A stretch of 64,000 nucleotides of DNA, from the NCBI GenBank assembly GCA_000002435.2, contig CM018793.1; one strand, given 5' to 3'. Below the pieces are notes generated by a model that saw only the letters and a program-made list of their open reading frames with translations, was not told where the DNA came from and searched no databases. Position 1 is the stretch's first letter; each line of letters begins with the position of its first letter. The position numbers and the translations under genes were made by a program. Shown here piece by piece: positions 9,701-16,145 of the stretch. The stretch comes from Giardia intestinalis (lineage: Eukaryota).

Positions 9701-9972
9701 GGGGCTTGCATTTGCTTGACTGTTGAAGAGCTGCACTTCTTGGACGACTTCTCCAGACCTAGTGTACTTTTCTGGGAGGCGTTACTTATTTGCGAAGATG
9801 AAGTATGTGCACGTTCCTGAGATTGGATGTCGAGATCGTGTGTCCCGATACTAAAAACCTCTTTCATGCGCGGTGCAGGTCTACGCCTTGGATCAAGAAG
9901 CTGCTTTCCAAGTGGTGGCACGTCTGGGCGGTGCTGAGACTTGGTTGTTGCATTGGAGTTAAACGGGACCAT
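6721..9972 (-). CDS. Leucine-rich-repeat protein, ~1083 aa, function unknown
   Basis: Track start 10098 is TTG. In-frame ATGs lie at 10002 and 9972. I prefer 9972 (MVPFNSNATT...) because an AT-rich element (cagagcaaaaaataaaagctc) then sits 1-20 nt upstream; the ATG at 10002 would overlap the divergent gene's ATG with no spacer. An N-terminal Ser-rich region is followed by an LRR block: LRVLDLSNNLIENFYTL, LQTVILSNNSLQV, VELDLSDNPGIG, LERLSVRGCNV. The rest is a long low-complexity Ser/Ala/Pro-rich region. Confidence 0.5.
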   Translation of the reverse strand: MVPFNSNATTKSQHRPDVPPLGKQLLDPRRRPAPRMKEVFSIGTHDLDIQSQERAHTSSSQISNASQKSTLGLEKSSKKCSSSTVKQMQAPNTITPQSIFDSLALSKQLGNVASSADDLRVKKKEVLKNYLRVQTHLNVAKGNYGAVSGFPDMRTLMPNLVEVDASDNRLGIHHFIKFNCTILRLSSNLVTDDVIERSLELHGLLSQTPEKLEKAHLFRTLRVLDLSNNLIENFYTLCALLSKFPLLQTVILSNNSLQVPTTNVEEARLTVDEYLKLERPVRNIPPYTNNGYIFPLLGVTDQFVPSGHANIPVVTSTTTLVMDGIPINSSFFSAIAKAFPNLERLSVRGCNVHHSFLSSLLELSTIVELDLSDNPGIGCVDHLRSYALHAPSKNLSIIRAHNSIGTVSTKEGPVHFLWLDFDGNLISESRNPYFQPETTFRTIEISLFQSSGIRHALRSGESAPIKIDTSLPKIPGVSKLRCDSASGVTDVASSLRQLTNDLEGLEYTDLDKFNQKTTITESVLDTINTAMEKLKLVSDEADQSSSVSFGADFKSTGTGPASKSVISAAKPLSSYLITTADTMHIPGSAKTNSQQSRSSHGSISTGRDSGLSNKTRASRASKSSLSIAAILGGIGAPAASIVAAPTLGLSAPSASSDITGDPTRLGLTPVPFSAVPNGTQKFSKSPLPNTKSPPRSPLYKRPDSTRRNLVLGTGQTAVDEYLVAAREKYADNSIIMRALASVKSPVGTQSHTYPMLYGKRASSITAGNISDNLSSDSTFAQDNMHTPKRSTVPKPSIDIHSGEESPLMVYKLHLQSEDRGTFDASFPAPYSIHDKAISKGGVVQDMDLTDETLAAELVTSFVRTSICGVLNKSAPASLYPQRLSLIDDVSDISDPSDTEPFDGAIKSAQIVEHERFVAAHSIQSANDGKRVDILRAQSAPPRYATDVFVAEPENSKEGVPFPGPSFTGANTFLTGTDYIQEISDIEEEHPANTAYQPGLFDDTLLTRRIREGIEMITGPVDVVGILQSDSPQEQDILSFLPRGRRSSLRDIYTALRTVLENPITTYAAITDEEILASLLRQVN

Positions 9973-10000
9973 ATGAGCTTTTATTTTTTGCTCTGAAATC
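9973..10000. promoter_or_regulatory. 28-bp divergent spacer with a shared AT-rich element (gcttttattttttg) between the LRR gene (-) and the WKF-domain gene (+)
   Basis: atgagcttttattttttgctctgaaatc. Giardia core promoters are short AT-rich initiator elements within ~50 bp of the ATG and are known to work in both directions. This spacer is the only non-coding sequence available to both genes. Confidence 0.45.
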
Positions 10001-10456
10001 ATGGGAACTGGTGCGAAGCAGAAAGACGCATCAAAAGCGACGCCATCGGGGCACAAGGAGCGGCCCAACAAGTCTGACAAGCGTAAGAACTCTTTCAAGG
10101 CGTCCCATGCAAAGCGGCTGGAAGATGCAATAGCCTGGATGTATCACTGGCACACAGACAGAAGCACCTGGACCTTCGACAAGAAGCAGCAGACGTTGCT
10201 TGTGCAGGCATGGATGGACTCAGAGCGCATGCCCAAGGACACCTTTGCCGTCTTCTGCCTTTTTGCCGCGGGAAGTGAGGCGGAAGCCTTCAAGCGCCGC
10301 TTGTTGCAGGAGGCAGAAGTCATGCTCACTCGCTACAGAAACAACAAGGAAAACGAAAATCTCCGGAGGCAAGCAAAGAGGGCAGTCAAATTGAAGGCCG
10401 CCCTCAGCAGCGGGAAGAATGATCCTGAGGCCCAGCTCCTGGCGGACGAGGTATAG
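10001..10456 (+). CDS. WKF-domain protein (C7orf50 / DUF2373-like), 151 aa
   Basis: ATG at 10001. Basic Lys-rich N-terminus (KQKDASKATPSGHKERPNKSDKRKNSFKASHAKR). Core WTFDKKQQTLLVQAWMDSERMPKDTFAVFCLFAAGSEAEAFKRRLLQEAEVML matches human C7orf50 [52 protein letters not shown] by pattern. AGTAAAT overlaps the TAG stop. Confidence 0.5.
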   Translation: MGTGAKQKDASKATPSGHKERPNKSDKRKNSFKASHAKRLEDAIAWMYHWHTDRSTWTFDKKQQTLLVQAWMDSERMPKDTFAVFCLFAAGSEAEAFKRRLLQEAEVMLTRYRNNKENENLRRQAKRAVKLKAALSSGKNDPEAQLLADEV

Positions 10457-10461
10457 TAAAT
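10455..10461 (+). promoter_or_regulatory. AGTAAAT poly(A) signal overlapping the TAG stop of the WKF-domain gene
   Basis: gtatAGTAAATgag. TAG is at 10454-10456. Confidence 0.45.
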
Positions 10462-10468
10462 GAGACGC

Positions 10469-11041
10469 TTATACCATCTTATGTCGTGCTACGTATCGTA
10501 CTGGCAGTCTACGCTGCCGGTGCTTGATCTTTGAGCCTCCGGCAAAGATTAATATGAGGCTTGAGAAGAGGGCTAGCACAAGTACAACAAGTGATATCAC
10601 TAAAGTCTTACGAATGGTGGCGAGGTTGCTTTTTAGTTGCCGCCTTTCAAAACAATACAGGCTATCTCCGTCGCGTGCGCAATGGACACATCCAGGTATT
10701 CCAGCAACCACTCCGTGACTTGTTGAGCAAGGAATGCACAAGCCTGATGCCTCCGTAAACGCCGGGTAGTAGCCCTGAGCACATACGGTGCAACCATTTG
10801 GCTCTGCTGATCCGGTGCATGTCTCGCACGATGAATGGCATAGGGTACAGAGCCCCTTATCGAGGAAGTAGCCCTCGGGGCATATAATGGGCGGTTCAGA
10901 AGCGCGATTCCAAACACAGGCGTTGAGCCTCTGGTTAACAATGTATCCGCGCGGACATCTGACGCACTGGCCGTCCTCTTCCTCAATGCACTGAACCTCA
11001 TAGCTCAAAGCTACGCTCCAAATCAGTGCCAGAACAAGCAT
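10469..11041 (-). CDS. Small cysteine-rich type-I membrane protein (HCMP/EGF-like CxxC family), 190 aa
   Basis: ATG at 11041 with acacactagtaaataaaag upstream. Signal peptide MLVLALIWSVALS. About 22 Cys in CxxC and CxC spacing (CVRCPRGY, CTLCHSSCETCTG, CTVCAQGYY, CIPCS, CVHCA). TM VISLVVLVLALFSSLILIFAGG followed by a basic tail. It lacks the CRGKA tail and so is not a VSP. Confidence 0.5.
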   Translation of the reverse strand: MLVLALIWSVALSYEVQCIEEEDGQCVRCPRGYIVNQRLNACVWNRASEPPIICPEGYFLDKGLCTLCHSSCETCTGSAEPNGCTVCAQGYYPAFTEASGLCIPCSTSHGVVAGIPGCVHCARDGDSLYCFERRQLKSNLATIRKTLVISLVVLVLALFSSLILIFAGGSKIKHRQRRLPVRYVARHKMV

Positions 11042-11141
11042 CTTTTATTTACTAGTGTGTGATCCATGTGAACCATACTGACCTCGTGGCGAGTTCTAAA
11101 TACTAAATGCGGTGTACTAGAGAAGGACAATTAAAAATGGA
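11042..11141. promoter_or_regulatory. 100-bp divergent spacer between two cysteine-rich membrane protein genes
   Basis: AT-rich stretches abut both ATGs: taaataaaag (minus gene) and acaattaaaaatggaATG (plus gene). Confidence 0.4.
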
Positions 11142-14100
11142 ATGAGGTTATTATTGCTTCTTGGCTTAATTATTCAGGGCACCACTGGCGTTATATGTAC
11201 AGATGAGATTCTAATATATGACCATGAGGACTTTGCCTTGATACAAAGCTGTCCCAATTCTAAGTTCCTACTGATGAATGATATTGCCGTTGTGGGCCCC
11301 ATGCCCATAATTCCCATCTTCAAGGGCACCTTTGACGGCCAGGGGTTCTCTGTTGGTGGTATTGTCGTTTCAGAGTTATATGATAAAGCAGCTCTTTTTG
11401 ACACATTTTCAGGGTCAATGCGCAACGTTACCCTCTCAACCATGGTAAGTGTCGTTAATTCAGAAGCTAAATTCATCTCTGGGTTTGCAATAGAGCTTGC
11501 AGATGCGTACTTTTATGACGTGAACATCACTACTACTATTACCGTTAAGGATTGCATAGCAGGAACTGTTATTGGTGGACTTCTCTCTTCCACATCCGAA
11601 ACAGCACCGGGGCTTGTGGTCGCCTCATCTATTACAGTCATGAACTGTGAATGTGTGGTTGGAGGCGCCATTGGCCAATTAGATAGCAACTATACCACCC
11701 TGCTTCCCTCTTACTGGTCTTCTCCCATCACTGTATACTCCACCATACAGTTGTACAATTCTTCTAGTACCGTTGGTGGCTATATTGGGATTTCTGAAAA
11801 AAACATTCACTCCCTTGTCCTCAGGGCCTCAATTGAGGTCTTAGGGAATAGCAGTCACAACTGTGTGATTGGTGGGGTTGTTGGAGACATTAGAGGGGCG
11901 GTTATTCACTCTAATATAACGTTGCTTAAGATGTACGTCAGTGGGTGTGCAAATAATGAAAAGTCTGTTATCGGTGGAATAGGCCCCTCTCTGGTGTGCT
12001 CCTTCCCCAATTGCACCATAGTCGAGGATATTAAGCTGTACATAAACCTCTTCTACACAGATGGTCTCTCAAATGCTTGTATTGGGGGTTGCTTTGGACT
12101 AGTAGACCAAGTGTCTCTTTCTTACCTCCATCTGCGCTTCTCACACGTAGAGGTAGAGTCGCGTTTTGGAGGCATTGCATCCACTATCAACTGCACGAAC
12201 ATTGACCAGGCTGCAATCTCAATTGATTACATTACATGGGTTGACTCGACAACGGATCCATTTTTAATAGGAGGATTTGGGGCTCTCGTAGACAACTACA
12301 CAACCATAGAAAATTCACTGGTTACAGTGGGTGAGGTGAACCTCAACTATACATCCATTAATCCTAGTTACTTTGGTGGGTTCGTGGCAAATGCTTCAAA
12401 GCTCCTCATTTCAAATTCTTACGCAATGATTTTTCTTGCCGTCCTTAATACCTCCCAAGTTGTCGGAGCCAACTCTTCGTTTGGCATTATGCTTGGGCGG
12501 ATCACTTGTAACACTGACGAACAAATACGAATCATTTCATCCTTTGTTGCAGCTGACACAATTCTTGCAAATGGGCATGGTTCGGAGCTCTTTAATATCG
12601 GAGGATTTGCAGGACACCTTCTAAATCCTACCACCAACGGGCAGTGCTTTGTGTTGGCGAATTCGTGGTCATCTATTAAGTTTCGCATCAATGAGATCAG
12701 GAGAGGCTCTGGGTCGCCTTTTGCTGTAGGGGCACTGATAGGTAACCCGGGAGACTCTTCGTTTCTCATCACAGATGTCTATGTCAAGGCTTACTTTGAC
12801 GTGGTTAACATTCAGCAATATAAATATAATAATAACAACAATGATGGAAAGTACAACGCAATAGGAATATTAACAGGGTTCTATAGCGAAAGTGCCGCCA
12901 CACCTACCAAGAAGCAGATGCAGATCTACAGAGTTATATGCCAAGTAGATGTTCTGTTTGAAGAAAACTTTGCAAGAAACATATACTATGTGCCCAGTGA
13001 GCCTGTTTGTCTTCTCTGCAGTGATATCTTCATTACTAATACCTCTAGCCACTTCTATGGATACGGATCAAAGGGAACATACTTGGCCGACCCACTAGAG
13101 ATGCAGCAGCGCGACTTCTACACCAACTTCCTGTTTGGTGAGGACCAGATTTGGCAGTACAACCTCGACTTATACCCCTACCACACCTCCCTTCCGTTCC
13201 TCTTCCACCACCTTTCTGATTTCAGTTCCGATAGTACGAGTATTAGGTTCATCACGCCAATCTGTAATCATCATCTCTGCTGGAACTATACTCATGTGTG
13301 GAATGGGCAGCGCTCAATGACTGTTCTGAATCTTCAATACCTGAGCAACCAATGCTATATTGAGAACTGCATCCTTTGTTCTCCCAGTAGCTCATACGTG
13401 TGTATGAAGTGTGCCAGCGGGTACATTTCAAATGCGAGCGGTGACACCTGCCTAGAGTGTCACAGTAGCTGCATGAAGTGCAGCATCCCTGACCTGTCAA
13501 ATCAATGCATAAGCTGTGCTGTCTATGGAGAGGTCTTCTTTAATGAACGGTGCATTCCCAATCCCTATACCTGCAATCTGCCATATTGTCTTCTCTGCAG
13601 CTTTACCAGTGCACGGAGCTGCGCTGTGTGTGTTCCTGGTAAAGGGGTCCAGGAGGAGAACGGCTACTGCACAATCTGTAAAAGTGATTGCTATACATGC
13701 TCGTTATCTCAAAAGTGCTCTAGCTGTAGTAACTACACAAGGGAGGCTTTACAGGGATTCTGTGAGTATAGTGACACAGGGTGCTACAACACGTGCAAGT
13801 TCTGCAAAAGCGACAATCTTGAAATGTGCTTAAAGTGCAGCAATAACAGCTACACGTTAGATGAATATGGAAACTGCCAGAAACAGCCAATTCCGTTTTG
13901 TATGGTCTATAATTGTGCAATATGCAGCTCAGCAGATAACTTTATTTGTAATGTATGCAAAAACGGATACTACTTGACCAAGAATAGACTGTGCAAAGCC
14001 TGCGAGGAACACTGCGCTGTGTGCTCTTCATACAGCGTCTGCCTCGAGTGCATGAATCCAAAGACCAGGCCCATAGCGGGGATATGTAACTACTCAACTA

Positions 14101-14357
14101 ACTGTAGCATTAGTGGCTGTTCTGTCTGCACACTAGGCGTTGAATCCAGTTGCTTGACGTGCGATACTGGTTACGTTCTAACCGATAACACCTGCCAGCA
14201 GCTGGTAAATAACCATCTAAGACAGGTCACAGTCGCACGAATGACAGCAGCAATCTTGGCGATGATAGCTATTACCATCAACATCGCTTATCCTTTGATA
14301 CGCTATCGCAAGTACTTGAGGGACGAGACTGCTCCTTTGCAACCAGAACCTTCTTAA
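11142..14357 (+). CDS. High-cysteine membrane protein with an N-terminal periodic GG-repeat (beta-solenoid-like) domain, 1071 aa
   Basis: ATG at 11142 (an upstream ATG at 11137 hits a stop after 2 codons). Signal peptide MRLLLLLGLIIQGTTGVIC. Residues ~60-540 hold about 12 repeats of hydrophobic-GG-hydrophobic-x-G at 32-40 aa spacing: SVGGIVV, TVIGGLL, CVVGGAIGQ, TVGGYIGI, CVIGGVVGD, SVIGGIGPS, ACIGGCFGL, RFGGIAST, FLIGGFGAL, YFGGFVANA, FNIGGFAGH, FAVGALIGN. Many N-glycosylation sequons are present. Residues ~760-1020 are dense CxxC/CxC repeats (CILCSPSSSYVCMKCASGY, CLECHSSCMKC, CISCAVYG, CLLCSF, CAVCVPG, CTICKSDCYTC...). TM AAILAMIAITINIAYPLI and a short tail. Confidence 0.65.
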   Translation: MRLLLLLGLIIQGTTGVICTDEILIYDHEDFALIQSCPNSKFLLMNDIAVVGPMPIIPIFKGTFDGQGFSVGGIVVSELYDKAALFDTFSGSMRNVTLSTMVSVVNSEAKFISGFAIELADAYFYDVNITTTITVKDCIAGTVIGGLLSSTSETAPGLVVASSITVMNCECVVGGAIGQLDSNYTTLLPSYWSSPITVYSTIQLYNSSSTVGGYIGISEKNIHSLVLRASIEVLGNSSHNCVIGGVVGDIRGAVIHSNITLLKMYVSGCANNEKSVIGGIGPSLVCSFPNCTIVEDIKLYINLFYTDGLSNACIGGCFGLVDQVSLSYLHLRFSHVEVESRFGGIASTINCTNIDQAAISIDYITWVDSTTDPFLIGGFGALVDNYTTIENSLVTVGEVNLNYTSINPSYFGGFVANASKLLISNSYAMIFLAVLNTSQVVGANSSFGIMLGRITCNTDEQIRIISSFVAADTILANGHGSELFNIGGFAGHLLNPTTNGQCFVLANSWSSIKFRINEIRRGSGSPFAVGALIGNPGDSSFLITDVYVKAYFDVVNIQQYKYNNNNNDGKYNAIGILTGFYSESAATPTKKQMQIYRVICQVDVLFEENFARNIYYVPSEPVCLLCSDIFITNTSSHFYGYGSKGTYLADPLEMQQRDFYTNFLFGEDQIWQYNLDLYPYHTSLPFLFHHLSDFSSDSTSIRFITPICNHHLCWNYTHVWNGQRSMTVLNLQYLSNQCYIENCILCSPSSSYVCMKCASGYISNASGDTCLECHSSCMKCSIPDLSNQCISCAVYGEVFFNERCIPNPYTCNLPYCLLCSFTSARSCAVCVPGKGVQEENGYCTICKSDCYTCSLSQKCSSCSNYTREALQGFCEYSDTGCYNTCKFCKSDNLEMCLKCSNNSYTLDEYGNCQKQPIPFCMVYNCAICSSADNFICNVCKNGYYLTKNRLCKACEEHCAVCSSYSVCLECMNPKTRPIAGICNYSTNCSISGCSVCTLGVESSCLTCDTGYVLTDNTCQQLVNNHLRQVTVARMTAAILAMIAITINIAYPLIRYRKYLRDETAPLQPEPS

Positions 14358-15984
14358 AGCAGGTAGATAGGAAAGCCAGAAGCATCAATCCAGAGAAGAG
14401 GACAAACATCATCCACATGTAGAGCCAGAGTTCTGTTTTCTCCTGTGCTACGAGTACACACGAAGAGTTTCCATGACTATCTATGTTTAGCTGATAACCG
14501 TCTAGACATGTCTGGCACTGCACGCTACTCTCCTCTTTAAAGAAGTAGACACAGTTTGGGATCGTCAGCTCACAAGTATTGTGGGTATTATTCAGGTAGT
14601 AGGTGATTGCGCAGCTTGTGCAAACTATTTCCTGTGTGCTAAGAGCTCCGCTTGCCGGGACACACGTTCGACAATTTGGTACAACCCTCGAGCAGGCAAC
14701 GCACTCTCCATTCTTCAGGTAATATCCAACTATGCACTCTGTGCACTCTATGTCACTATCCCTTGAGATAGTGCACTTTGTGCAGCCAAGGAGATATGCT
14801 CTGCAAAAGACACATGTGCGATTGACCAGGACATACCCATCCATGCAAGCACTACAAGAGTCGATGTGATACTGTTTGCATCTCTTGGGATTACTTTGCA
14901 GCTTTTCACATTTATTGTTCTTCGCGAGATAGTATCCATTTTTACAGGCAAAGCACGTAATGGTCCCGTCATTTAAAGAGCACTCTGCACACTTTTCTAC
15001 CACTGTCGCACATAGCACGCATGTTGCACCAGTACCAGGGTTAATTAAATAGAAGCCGGAAATGCACTCTGTGCAATATGGTTTAAGGCCATATACACAG
15101 CTCTTGCAGCCTCCACTTATCGCCAAACAGCTCCTGCACTTGCCATCGACAAACGTCATCCCCGACTTGCAGACTGTGCAGGTGGGATTCGGGCTTGACA
15201 CACACATTGTACAATAAGGATCTATCTCTGTGCAATTGCTGCAGCTATTCTTGGCAATCATTTGCAGTCCTTCGTTGCATGCAAGGCAAGTTACTTTATC
15301 CTTTGTCTCGAAGGCGCATACCGTACAATTTGGTATGACGTTATGACAAAATTCACATACGTCTGTTGTGGATACTGCAGCCGTTTTCTCAATAAGCCCA
15401 TACCCAAACCTACATTTGATGCAGCGCGGTTCGGAGCCTTCCATTTTACACTCTTCGCAATCAGGAAATATGTCCTCACAGAATACACAGCTGCCATCGT
15501 GGATCACTACATAATTGTCAATACACTTGTTGCAGTTGTAGACCAGCTGCGCTTTTGAGAAGGAGCATTCCAGGCAATTTGGGATCTGAATACGACAGTT
15601 GATGCACTTTGATCCATCGAGCCTGCCTACTGCATAACTATACTCGCAGGTATTACACACTATAGTCTGGTCTTTCAGCTGTATGCAAGAGTCGCAATTA
15701 TTGATATATTCTTCGCACAGGGAACATCCACCCGCAAAGTCAAGAAACGACCTATATGCGCATTCGGTGCATTCTACTGTAAACGAGTCTCTGTAGTAAA
15801 AGCAAGGCAAGAGCCCCGGGCCAGGGGTCTTTGAGCAAACGTCTGGGTCTGTTGGGAAGCTTAAACACGTACACTTAGTACAGTTCACAACAAAGTCCTC
15901 GCACTTAGCAGGAAGGCAGTCGTAGACATCCCTTGTGTCCCCGCCGGTTGCCAGGAGGAGTTCTCGCTGTGGAGGCAGGCCCAT
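14278..15984 (-). CDS. High-cysteine membrane protein (HCMP), ~568 aa
   Basis: The track's first codon (15987) is GTG; the first ATG is at 15984. The protein is almost entirely CxxC/CxC repeats (more than 90 Cys). C-terminal TM WLYMWMMFVLFSGLMLLAFLS and tail CFKKVLVAKEQSRPSSTCDSVSKDKRC. It is not a VSP (no CRGKA). No N-terminal signal peptide is visible (see findings). The last 80 nt of its CDS overlap the convergent gene at 11142..14357. Confidence 0.6.
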   Translation of the reverse strand: MGLPPQRELLLATGGDTRDVYDCLPAKCEDFVVNCTKCTCLSFPTDPDVCSKTPGPGLLPCFYYRDSFTVECTECAYRSFLDFAGGCSLCEEYINNCDSCIQLKDQTIVCNTCEYSYAVGRLDGSKCINCRIQIPNCLECSFSKAQLVYNCNKCIDNYVVIHDGSCVFCEDIFPDCEECKMEGSEPRCIKCRFGYGLIEKTAAVSTTDVCEFCHNVIPNCTVCAFETKDKVTCLACNEGLQMIAKNSCSNCTEIDPYCTMCVSSPNPTCTVCKSGMTFVDGKCRSCLAISGGCKSCVYGLKPYCTECISGFYLINPGTGATCVLCATVVEKCAECSLNDGTITCFACKNGYYLAKNNKCEKLQSNPKRCKQYHIDSCSACMDGYVLVNRTCVFCRAYLLGCTKCTISRDSDIECTECIVGYYLKNGECVACSRVVPNCRTCVPASGALSTQEIVCTSCAITYYLNNTHNTCELTIPNCVYFFKEESSVQCQTCLDGYQLNIDSHGNSSCVLVAQEKTELWLYMWMMFVLFSGLMLLAFLSTCFKKVLVAKEQSRPSSTCDSVSKDKRC

Positions 15985-16145
15985 CACAGAAAATGAAAAG
16001 GACTTCCATGAGGCACTGTCCTCTATTTACTCGCCAGAGTAGAAAATCCTGAATAAGTATTGATACAGTTCTACGTCTTTTGAACACTGAGTTGTGTTTC
16101 ATCTTAACTAAAGTACTGGCCGTCTGTGGAGCAAGTTGGTGGAGA

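Noticed and set aside
10000-10002. In-frame ATG of the minus-strand LRR gene interlocking with the plus gene ATG (CATG)
   Set aside because: It is kept only as an alternative. ATG 9972 is preferred because it leaves an AT-rich upstream element, whereas a start at 10002 would have no upstream non-coding sequence.
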